Assembly: GCA_965233585.1 (NCBI GenBank)
Contig: CBDDTI010000295.1
Coordinates: 128,001 to 192,000 of the forward strand
Source of the DNA: a bacterium
Lineage (GTDB): Bacteria > SAR324 > NAC60-12
Direction of reading: 5' to 3'
Length of the DNA: 64,000 nucleotides
Within the stretch, counting starts at the first letter, position 1. The number at the start of each line of letters is the position of its first letter. Under the pieces are notes generated by a model. That model saw only the letters and a program-made list of their open reading frames with translations. It searched no databases and was not told the DNA's origin. A program made the position numbers and the translations under genes. This document shows, piece after piece, positions 1 to 8,189 of the stretch.

Positions 1-182
1 TCAAGTCCTGCAATCTGCGCTCGCATTTGCTCTGAAATCACAAGCGATGCAGGACCATCTGCGGCACGATTGATCTTCTCCCCAGATGAAAGTTTTTCTA
101 GGGTTTTAGCTGAGTCAAATGCTGCATTCCCTAATTGACGTTGTGTATTGATTGCACTGATGTTGTGTTTAATTCTAAACAT
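1..182 (-). CDS. fliC: Flagellin, N-terminal part (runs off the left window edge)
   Basis: Manual translation MFRIKHNISAINTQRQLGNAAFDSAKTLEKLSSGEKINRAADGPASLVISEQMRAQIAGL matches the flagellin N-terminal LSSG-INRAAD motif; GAGG RBS upstream. Not in the supplied ORF track. Confidence 0.93.
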   Translation of the reverse strand, partial: MFRIKHNISAINTQRQLGNAAFDSAKTLEKLSSGEKINRAADGPASLVISEQMRAQIAGL

Positions 183-206
183 AGTTACCTCATAATAGTT
201 AGGTTA

Positions 207-222
207 ATGCTGTCCATAGCAT
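207..222 (-). promoter_or_regulatory. Putative CsrA-type hairpin (ATGCT-ATGGAC-AGCAT) in the flagellin leader
   Basis: 5-bp stem with ATGGA in the loop, about 25 nt upstream of the flagellin ATG. Confidence 0.5.
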
Positions 223-266
223 GACAAAGTTCTTTTGAATCATTCAAAAAAACGTTTAAAAATTCA

Positions 267-1427
267 TTAAATTTGAGCTGGGGTGTCAGATGCGTTGCTT
301 AAAATTGAAAGCATGGCTTGTTCATTCTGCACCCGATTTTCTTCCCCGATGCTGGTTTTTTGGGGCTTTGACCCTGCCAGCAACATAAATCCTGTCATTT
401 GCAATGTTTTGATGGATTCTTCCATCTGTTGAATGTCATTGTTCATCTGTCTCAACATGTGTTGACACAGTTTTTGTGCTTGAATTTCTGGCAAGCTGGG
501 CAGTTGTAGCATGTTGTACCACTGCCCATCGCTAAGCACTCCTCCTAAATCGCAAGGATTCAGCGATGGAATTTGCATAGACAAAGGCTCGTCTTGATGT
601 TCTAAATTGCCAATCAGCCGCTTTGTTCCATCTTGAATCGTTAACAATTCCTCGCCTGAAAATCCCCCATACCATAAGATATGCGTTTCATGGTCTGTCA
701 TCTGGTTGCCTTCCCATAAAGCGTGCATGCCATTGATTTTGGCACTTCCTAATTTGCCAACTTTTGACGTTTGCATGATGCCCGGTGCCACAGAAATCAG
801 GGCTGTCTTTTCACTGTAACCAAAGAAAAGGACTTGCGATTTGGACAAATGCTGAATTTTTAAAAATCCTTCTTGGTTGATAGTCAAGTCAAGTGACAAT
901 CCCTTCTGAAAAATCATGCGTTGAGCGCCTAGTAAAAAGCTCTCAATGGTTTCATCTGGTGCAAGACAATACACTGCCGTTTTGCCCCCTTCATAAAATC
1001 CAACATACGTCTCATTGCGGAGTAGCTTTTGAGTCAAAGGGACTGAGCCGTACAAAACACTTGGAATTGGTGCTTTGACAGTTTGCACACGAATTGTCTG
1101 ACCATGCCTCATGTGTAGCGGTATTTTGACCGCTCTGCAAACTTGTCCTTTTGCCAAAAGCTGAAAGCGACCATCTAGCAACATGTCTCCTTCAAAGTGA
1201 GTGGTTTTGAGCCTCCTAAGCATGTTTTGATGCAGTGTTTCAAAGCTGGCACTTTCAAAGTCTTCAGACAGTGCTTTCAATTCTTTTTGAGTTTTTTTGA
1301 ATTGAAAGAGTGCATTTTGTAGGCTGGAGACCGATTTTTCTATCTGTTCCAATAGTTCATTAGAACCTAAAAAATCTAACGACTCCCTCCACAAGACTTG
1401 CTTGGGTTTTAATAATTTTCTTTCCAC
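267..1427 (-). CDS. Degenerate flagellin-like protein lacking recognisable D0 termini
   Basis: TTHFEGDMLLDG aligns by eye with NTQFGTRRLLDG of the 6196-7983 flagellin, and further collinear blocks follow; helical N and C ends; GTG start with GAGG RBS. Confidence 0.6.
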   Translation of the reverse strand: MERKLLKPKQVLWRESLDFLGSNELLEQIEKSVSSLQNALFQFKKTQKELKALSEDFESASFETLHQNMLRRLKTTHFEGDMLLDGRFQLLAKGQVCRAVKIPLHMRHGQTIRVQTVKAPIPSVLYGSVPLTQKLLRNETYVGFYEGGKTAVYCLAPDETIESFLLGAQRMIFQKGLSLDLTINQEGFLKIQHLSKSQVLFFGYSEKTALISVAPGIMQTSKVGKLGSAKINGMHALWEGNQMTDHETHILWYGGFSGEELLTIQDGTKRLIGNLEHQDEPLSMQIPSLNPCDLGGVLSDGQWYNMLQLPSLPEIQAQKLCQHMLRQMNNDIQQMEESIKTLQMTGFMLLAGSKPQKTSIGEENRVQNEQAMLSILSNASDTPAQI

Positions 1428-1585
1428 TTTTTGCCTCTTTCTAAGTCATTAAAAAATTATTTTTGGTATAAAAATAAGACAGAGAACCCTTGAAAAAATA
1501 GAGATACTTTGAAAAACCAGAATCCCTTTTTATAGTTTTTCAGAAACGTGCGTTTTGTCTTTTTACATGTTCTCTTTTATGAGCG

Positions 1586-1805
1586 AACGCAAAAAGCCCT
1601 GAATACTCTTAAAATTGAGTACTCACGGCATTCTTTCATCTCCTTTCTTCTTTCTAATTTTTAATTTTTAGCAAACGCAAAAAGCCCTGAATACTCTTAA
1701 AATTGAGTACTCACGGCATTCTTTAACCTTCTTTCTAATTTTTAATTTTTAGCAAACGCAAAAAGCCCTGAATACTCTTAAAATTGAGTACTCACGGCAT
1801 TCTTT
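1586..1805. repeat. Three identical 51-bp hairpin units (1586-1636, 1674-1724, 1755-1805) with related T-rich linkers
   Basis: Unit AACGCAAAAAGCCCTGAATACTCTTAAAATTGAGTACTCACGGCATTCTTT; periods of 88 and 81 bp; on the - strand each forms a 13-bp stem (one mismatch, one G-U) followed by T5. Confidence 0.95.
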
Positions 1806-1852
1806 CATCTTCTTTTCTCAATTCAGAGAGTTGACCACTGATTTAGTCTAAA

Positions 1853-2299
1853 TCAACCTTGTGCTACAAACTTCTGCCCCTGTGCAAGTTGTGCTTGCCT
1901 TACATTCATACGTTTGGTTTTTTCTGCTTTTTGTTGCTCTCGTATCTGCTTCCAACCATTGCTTAAATTCTCCATAATCTGGATAGATTCTTGAATGGGC
2001 GGAATTTCTTTAGTCAAATTGGCATAGACAATTTGTTTGAACACGTAGACGTACAGGTTCTTCAAATTACTTCCTATTTCCCCAGACTCATCAACACGCA
2101 GTGTAGAAAGCAATTCGCTGACGATGTTCTTGGCACGTGTCAAATAATGATGAGCTTCCTCAACTTCATTTGCCTCAATTTTGGTCACTGCTTTCTTCAT
2201 AAATCGTAATGACCCATCATAAAGCATGATGATTAAAGAAAGCTGGTCGGAAGTTTGAACATTTGCTTGATAATAGGCTTGATAGGTTTGTTTAGCCAT
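1853..2299 (-). CDS. fliS: Flagellin export chaperone FliS (copy 2)
   Basis: LIIMLYDG...AKNIVSELLSTL...GEIGSNLKNLY motifs. Confidence 0.92.
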   Translation of the reverse strand: MAKQTYQAYYQANVQTSDQLSLIIMLYDGSLRFMKKAVTKIEANEVEEAHHYLTRAKNIVSELLSTLRVDESGEIGSNLKNLYVYVFKQIVYANLTKEIPPIQESIQIMENLSNGWKQIREQQKAEKTKRMNVRQAQLAQGQKFVAQG

Positions 2300-2316
2300 G
2301 ACTGTTCTCCTTTGAG

Positions 2317-2739
2317 TTATCCTTGAACATTAACACGTTTGGCGCCTGGTGCAGAAGGTTCTGCTTGTTTGTTTTGTGTCGCAATAGAGACCCATGCCTC
2401 CCGCAGTTGCAGTAAAAGTTTCAACACGCTTGCCGTGATAGCGGCATCTTTTTTGATGTTTGCTTCAATCAACTGGTCAAACATGTAGAGGTATAAACTT
2501 TTAAGATTCGCTGCAATTTCTCCCCCCTTTTCCATGTCAAGTGAAACGGACAGTTCTGAAATAATGCTTCTTGCTTTAGTGATGCCCTGATGTGCTTTTT
2601 CCAAATTTTCCGAACGTATGCTTTCAATCGCCATTTTCAGATTGCGGATTGCCCCATCGTACAGCATGACCACGAGTTTTGAGCGGTCCATCGTGTTGAC
2701 TGAAGCCTGCCTGTAAGCATGTTGATACTGATGACTCAT
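2317..2739 (-). CDS. fliS: Flagellin export chaperone FliS (copy 1)
   Basis: LVVMLYDGAI...ELSVSLDMEKGGEIAANLKSLYLYM...LREAW. Confidence 0.95.
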   Translation of the reverse strand: MSHQYQHAYRQASVNTMDRSKLVVMLYDGAIRNLKMAIESIRSENLEKAHQGITKARSIISELSVSLDMEKGGEIAANLKSLYLYMFDQLIEANIKKDAAITASVLKLLLQLREAWVSIATQNKQAEPSAPGAKRVNVQG

Positions 2740-2777
2740 ACCATGACCTAATAATGTTTTAGTGAATTAACTTTGAA

Positions 2778-5700
2778 TTAACCTTTTTTCTTATTACCGC
2801 CACCGCCTTTGTTTCCTGACAATGCAGCAAACTGCTGGCTTAAATAATTCTGCTGTGCTTTCAACTTTCCAAGCGTAGAATCCAGTTTTGCAAATTTGAC
2901 TTGCAATTCTCCTCTTTTGGCATCAACTCTCTCATTCATACGTTTGAGTTGATCATCATAGGCTTTGACTTGCTCTTGAATGTCTTTGGTCACATTTTTC
3001 ACCCGACCTTCTGCAGGGTCTAGCATCGCTTGAATGCTTTCATCTAATCTTGAGGCAATGCCTTTGCTGACAAGCACCTTGGCTTGTTTGTCGGCAGATT
3101 TGACCTCTTCTGGGGTCATTTCCACAAACAGCCTGAGACCTTCAACGGGGGTGTCAACGACACCTGAAAGAATTTGCCCACGTCCTGTCATTTCCCAGCC
3201 CTCAACAATCCCTGCAACATCTACGCCTTCTACTTGAGTTGTGTTTTCCAAGCCCAATGAATCCAATTCTTTGTTAGCATTGGGTTCTACTTCAATCGTA
3301 GAACTTTTGCCAAATGACCCAGAGACAAACTTTAATGCTCCATTTTCAGTGGTGACTTCAATTTTACGTGAGCCGAGTTTTTTGTCTTCATTCAATTTTT
3401 GCTGAATCTGCTGAGCCAATGCTTGTGCTGAACTATAAGTTTTTTGGTCTAACTGAATCGGATTGGAACGTCTCCCACGTTCAATGACAATCAATTCATC
3501 ATTTTGCTCATTCACAACAATCGGGTCTCCATCGTCTAATAATTCACCAATCAATTCACTTTTTTTTGCCGCTTGTGTGATTTGGACTTCAAAACCATTT
3601 TTGGTGAGTTGAGTTTTGTCTGTGATGTTCAAATAGCTGACACGAGGGTTGTCAGATTCTCCTCTTGTTCTGAACACATTTGCCACATCTGTAAAGCTGT
3701 CAGTCATTTTTTCATCAAGTTTTTTTTCGTCCAGAGACATCATACCTTTGTCATCTAAACGGAGTCCTACTGAAAACAACATGTTCGTACTTGATGGCAG
3801 TTCAGGCACTGCCAAAATGGAGGTGTTGGCAATTTCATTTTGCATCTGCACAACATTGCGGTCACTGAGCAAAGGACCTGCCACCTGAGACCCTGGGTCG
3901 TATTTGGTAAATTCTGTGACGGTGGCACTTAAAGTGTTGTAAGCATCTACAAAGTCACGCAAGAGTTCCCTGGCTCTTTCATGGTCTCCTTTCACAGTAA
4001 TCGTAATGGGACGATTATCGCTGGTTGTCAACAATTCAAGTTCCACACCTTCTATCACATCATCAACAATGTTGCTGGGTCTTGTTATTTCCAAACCTCC
4101 CCCTGTTTCAGAGGCGCCCAACCTTAATTTGGCATTTTGAGCTTGTTGAACTGTGGGGGTTTGCGTGGTGACAAAAAAATAGTCTTCCTCAAAAACTAGA
4201 CCTCCATCTAGGGCAATGGACAATCCTGAATCAAAAGGAATGGGGACGCCCGGTTGGTAGTCTGCTCCCACAGCCACAGAACCTGTATTGCCCAAATTGT
4301 CCTCCCACTGTAATTGTAAATTTCTAGTTGTTCCCACTGTTCCATCTCCCTGCATTGTAAAGATGTAAGTCTTCTCGTCATCTTGGTCATAGATTCCACT
4401 GACTTTGATGTCTGCAGTACTTCTCCTCCTCATCAGGTCTAGCAAGCCATCTTGTACCTTCAGGTCATGTTCTCTATCGGGGTCAAAAGGTTCAAATTTA
4501 GATTCTGTGTCAATGATTCCATCACGTGACCGCATCTCATCATCAAACCACCAAAAATCGGAGTTGACAGGGGCAAACAAGTCTATCGTTGCAGTATCTC
4601 CATCATGCAAGATGCCGGGTGGAATCTCAATTTCTACCCCATGAGGCAGTTTAATTTTAGAGGCATTTTCTCCAAAAGTGTTAAAATCCAACTTAAACAA
4701 CCCCTCATCATCTTCAAAATCATAACCGATGGCATCTTCAAGGCTTGTGTCATCTATGGTTTCAGACAGATAAGGAGCGCCAATGTTGACCTTCCCTGTC
4801 TCGCCTGTCTCAGTAAATTCATAATGCAAGAACAGCTTTTTGGGACCTCCAACCTGACCTCCATCTTCAGCACGCAACACAAGGGTTTGGTCTACTTCTG
4901 ATGTGTAAGTTCCTGTGGCTCTGACCTGACCTCTGTCATCTTGTGTTCTCCAAGCAGAGACATTCCCAACCCTTGACAGACGTTCTTCATCAGAAAGCCA
5001 CCACAACCAGTTAGAACGTTCTGAAAAGGCTTGAAAAGTAAAAGAATCGCCAAGCTGTGCTTCTCCGTCGCTGACCATAATAGCTGCACCATCAACAATG
5101 TGAATCGGCTCGCCCGGTTTGTAGGTGCGTTCATTGACTTCTATATCTCCTGAACGTCCCTGATTGTCCTTCCAAGATAAAATGATGCCAGACTCTGAGT
5201 TGATCACACCACCTTGTGAGACACTGACGCTAATATCCAAGTCATCTTCTCCTGTGTATTTGCCTGCGGCTTCTACAATAGGAGTAGAAGCCCCCCAACG
5301 TTTTGAATCTGTACCAACCTCAAGCACTGCTTCGCCTTCCCACTCAGGGTCTGTGTCATAGCTATTTTCGTAAAGAGGAGGGGGGACTTTGCCATTTTTA
5401 AGGTCAATTTCCACATTGATTCTTCCCTCTTCACCTGTGATTTTGCTGGTCAGCATCAACTGATAGGGTTTTTCAGAACTCCCTGTTTTGATGACGAAGG
5501 CTTCTACGTACTTGCTTTCTGAATTGATTGCAGAGCGAATGCCCTCTAACGTGTTGTTGTTACGACTAATCAAAATCGTTTCTTCAGGGTTCTTCTCAGG
5601 GTCTCCAACTTGCAGTTTAATTCTGCCAACGCCAACGCTTTCGTCAGGAGACTCAAAACCTTGTGAGGTGATTTGATGAGACAACGCCAGCTGATCTACA

Positions 5701-6008
5701 ATCACTTTGGTTTTTCCAACCTTTGCTCGTTGAGTGGCTGTTGGAAAGATGACAGAAGGGTCGCTTGACTCAACATTCTTGGCTTCCCAGACATCAAATT
5801 TGCGGAGTTCCTTGATCACTGCATAGAGTTTTTCTAACTCTGTCTTCACAATCTGCCACGATTCAAGTTGCGTCAATTTTTCATCTTTACGTTTTTGAAT
5901 CGGGACGGCTTTGCGCTTTTCTATGTCAACGAAGCGTCCAATAATCTCACGGGTGTTCAGCTGGGAGCCTAAACCCATGATGGCATTGGGATTCAGTTCT
6001 GCGGCCAA
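2778..6008 (-). CDS. fliD: Flagellar filament cap FliD, unusually long (about 1076 aa from the probable TTG start at 6008; ORF open to 6059)
   Basis: N-terminal GLGSQLNT..I, QLA..HQI.S; C-terminal FVDAYN, GPLLSD, F.KLDSTLGKL..QQ.YL.QQF; AAGGA RBS before the TTG at 6008. Confidence 0.9.
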   Translation of the reverse strand: MAAELNPNAIMGLGSQLNTREIIGRFVDIEKRKAVPIQKRKDEKLTQLESWQIVKTELEKLYAVIKELRKFDVWEAKNVESSDPSVIFPTATQRAKVGKTKVIVDQLALSHQITSQGFESPDESVGVGRIKLQVGDPEKNPEETILISRNNNTLEGIRSAINSESKYVEAFVIKTGSSEKPYQLMLTSKITGEEGRINVEIDLKNGKVPPPLYENSYDTDPEWEGEAVLEVGTDSKRWGASTPIVEAAGKYTGEDDLDISVSVSQGGVINSESGIILSWKDNQGRSGDIEVNERTYKPGEPIHIVDGAAIMVSDGEAQLGDSFTFQAFSERSNWLWWLSDEERLSRVGNVSAWRTQDDRGQVRATGTYTSEVDQTLVLRAEDGGQVGGPKKLFLHYEFTETGETGKVNIGAPYLSETIDDTSLEDAIGYDFEDDEGLFKLDFNTFGENASKIKLPHGVEIEIPPGILHDGDTATIDLFAPVNSDFWWFDDEMRSRDGIIDTESKFEPFDPDREHDLKVQDGLLDLMRRRSTADIKVSGIYDQDDEKTYIFTMQGDGTVGTTRNLQLQWEDNLGNTGSVAVGADYQPGVPIPFDSGLSIALDGGLVFEEDYFFVTTQTPTVQQAQNAKLRLGASETGGGLEITRPSNIVDDVIEGVELELLTTSDNRPITITVKGDHERARELLRDFVDAYNTLSATVTEFTKYDPGSQVAGPLLSDRNVVQMQNEIANTSILAVPELPSSTNMLFSVGLRLDDKGMMSLDEKKLDEKMTDSFTDVANVFRTRGESDNPRVSYLNITDKTQLTKNGFEVQITQAAKKSELIGELLDDGDPIVVNEQNDELIVIERGRRSNPIQLDQKTYSSAQALAQQIQQKLNEDKKLGSRKIEVTTENGALKFVSGSFGKSSTIEVEPNANKELDSLGLENTTQVEGVDVAGIVEGWEMTGRGQILSGVVDTPVEGLRLFVEMTPEEVKSADKQAKVLVSKGIASRLDESIQAMLDPAEGRVKNVTKDIQEQVKAYDDQLKRMNERVDAKRGELQVKFAKLDSTLGKLKAQQNYLSQQFAALSGNKGGGGNKKKG

Positions 6009-6195
6009 GTGTTCCTTATGTTTAGAAGTATCGGCAAAATCTGCCGTGTTCGTCTGCACTGGCGGAGCCTGTCAACTCAAGCAACGCTTAGGTTTGAAAG
6101 CAAACCTTCATCGCATGTCTTGAGTTTTTCAAAAACTATTCCATAGTTTTTGCTGATGTCAATGTCAAAGAGCGTGTTCTATACTTGACAGAACT

Positions 6196-7983
6196 TTAAG
6201 ATTGCGCACCTCCAAGCAGTTGTAGAACAGACTGAGGTACTTGATTAGCTTGTGCAAGCATGGCTGTTCCTGCTGAAAATAAGATTTGATTCTTGGTGAA
6301 AGAACTCATCTCTTCTGCCATATCGGCATCAGCCAGTTCAGACTCTGCTGCAGTCAAATTTTCGTGTGCAATTCGCAAGCTGTTTAAGTTGCTCTCCAGT
6401 GCATTTTTTTGGAATGCACCCACTTTTGCACGGAGCGTTGACACTTCGTCAATCGCAGCATCTATCAAAGTCATTGCATCTTGAGCACCTTCTGAAATAG
6501 TGACGTCAATGTCTGCAAGACTTTGGAATTGGTTTTGATTTTCAATATTTCTGGCAAGGTCGCTTGCTCTGGCAGACCCTACTGCAATTTTGGTTTGTTG
6601 CCCCTGACTTGGTCCAACTTGGAAGGCTAAAGCACCTTGTGTCAAGTGGACGTAGCCGTCAATCTTAGCATTTTCTCCATTGGGCTTCTCATTGCCAATT
6701 AACGTTTCATTAGAGCGGACATCAAGCAATGTTTTAGGCGTTTGAAAGCCACGCAAGGCAAGGACTTGATAAAGGACATCATCTGTGTCTTTGGTGTATT
6801 TGATGGCTAAGCCTTCTGCCTCTGAACCTGGGGCAGACTCTAACACGTTTCCATTTCCAAGAGCAGGCTCACCCAAATCTAATTCGGGGTGTCCTCCAAT
6901 TGTGCCTTCAATGTCTCTGCCAGGACTTGCAATGATTGCCTTATTTGCCTGCGTTCCTTGTCCAAAAAAATCATTCAACGTTGTTGTGACAGTAAAACTT
7001 GGCATACTTCCAAATTCACGATGCCGAATGACGAGGATTTTTTCATCAGTTTGTGGCAAGCCTTCAGGGACTCTTGCCACTTCGTTCAAAAATTCTTGGG
7101 TCATATCCCATGTTTGAGTGACCTCTCCATAAAAGTTAGCAGGTGTGTAAACCATCACTTCAAGGTTCAAGCCTGCTTCATCAATCCTGCCTTGTAGCGA
7201 AGTGGTAATCAGATGTTGAATAGTTTCTTCTGCTTGACGCTTCGCCTGTTGTTCAACAGCAGGGTCAGTGCCTTTTTTCTGTTGAGCAGCAAAATAAATG
7301 CGTTGAATTTTTTCAGAGAGTTTTTTGTCTTTGTGAATCTCCAAGCTGGCATTTTTGCCTTCTGATGTGACAACAATAGAAAAGTTACTTTCGGGAGACA
7401 CTTCATCTAATGTCAAACGATGTTGTGCTGCCACCATTGCCCTTGTTGGAATCTGTGTGATGTTCACTTTGTAACCTTCTGAAGGCGAGGCAGGGGTGTC
7501 TTCAGTTGCTGCAACAAATTCTATCCCATCGCCAACGGCAATGCCTTTGATGGCATTTTGTCCATCTAACAAACGGCGTGTGCCAAATTGCGTGTTGTCT
7601 GCAATTTGATTGAGTGTAGAAAGCAGATGTTCAATTTCACTTTGGTCTGCTTGCAACATTTTTATATCGTTTGTGCCTTCGTTTGCTGCATGCACTGCAA
7701 GCTGTCTTAAATTAATCAAGATGTTACTGGCTTCTTGTAATGCACCTTCCATCGTTTGCATCATAGAAACAGAAGTTTCAGAGTTAGAAATCGCTTGCTT
7801 GGTAGAGGCAATTTGGGACTGCATCTGCTCAGAGATGACCAATGCCGCAGGGCTGTCAGCCGCACGATTCAACTTTCTACCTGAAGAAAGACGTTCAAGA
7901 TTTGTCTGAATGCGTCCCTCTGTTGTAGATAAATGCCTTAAGGCATTCAAAGCAGCTAAATTCGTATTGACTCTCATGACCAT
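6196..7983 (-). CDS. fliC: Flagellin (595 aa)
   Basis: MRVNTNLAAL...LERLSSGRKLNRAAD; C-terminal ENLTAAESELADADMAEEM...AMLAQANQVPQSVLQLL. Confidence 0.97.
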   Translation of the reverse strand: MVMRVNTNLAALNALRHLSTTEGRIQTNLERLSSGRKLNRAADSPAALVISEQMQSQIASTKQAISNSETSVSMMQTMEGALQEASNILINLRQLAVHAANEGTNDIKMLQADQSEIEHLLSTLNQIADNTQFGTRRLLDGQNAIKGIAVGDGIEFVAATEDTPASPSEGYKVNITQIPTRAMVAAQHRLTLDEVSPESNFSIVVTSEGKNASLEIHKDKKLSEKIQRIYFAAQQKKGTDPAVEQQAKRQAEETIQHLITTSLQGRIDEAGLNLEVMVYTPANFYGEVTQTWDMTQEFLNEVARVPEGLPQTDEKILVIRHREFGSMPSFTVTTTLNDFFGQGTQANKAIIASPGRDIEGTIGGHPELDLGEPALGNGNVLESAPGSEAEGLAIKYTKDTDDVLYQVLALRGFQTPKTLLDVRSNETLIGNEKPNGENAKIDGYVHLTQGALAFQVGPSQGQQTKIAVGSARASDLARNIENQNQFQSLADIDVTISEGAQDAMTLIDAAIDEVSTLRAKVGAFQKNALESNLNSLRIAHENLTAAESELADADMAEEMSSFTKNQILFSAGTAMLAQANQVPQSVLQLLGGAQS

Positions 7984-8017
7984 GACGGACTCCAGTAAAA
8001 TTAAAAACTTTCTTCAA

Positions 8018-8044
8018 GTATCGGCAGACTTTCAATTTGCTTGA
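8018..8044 (-). promoter_or_regulatory. Sigma28 (FliA)-type promoter, proximal
   Basis: TCAA-N15-GCCGATAC versus consensus TAAA-N15-GCCGATAA. Confidence 0.8.
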
Positions 8045-8089
8045 GCTTTTTTTGAAGTTTTTTTAAAACGACTGCACGACTTGACCAGA

Positions 8090-8116
8090 GTATCGGCACA
8101 AATCACAAAAACATGA
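8090..8116 (-). promoter_or_regulatory. Sigma28 (FliA)-type promoter, distal
   Basis: TCAT-N15-GCCGATAC. Confidence 0.6.
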
Positions 8117-8189
8117 GTGTTTCAGCCAGATTTGTTTGCCTCCTTCTCTTTTTTTCTTCACTTCTTCACTGCCTCATTCCCCTCTAGTA

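Noticed and set aside
1586..1805. CRISPR array, integron attC array or type III antitoxin interpretation of the triple repeat
   Set aside because: Linkers are near-copies of each other rather than unique spacers; no cas, intI or ToxN-like gene; no RYYYAAC/GTTRRRY boxes.
6009..6059. N-terminal 17 codons of the fliD ORF as called in the ORF track
   Set aside because: A better RBS precedes the TTG at 6008, and a sigma28 -10 box lies inside this stretch.
6060..6130. c-di-GMP-I riboswitch or HEARO/omega RNA
   Set aside because: A GAAA-containing hairpin is present, but I could not match the order of conserved elements by eye and there is no IscB or TnpB gene; kept only as a generic structured region.
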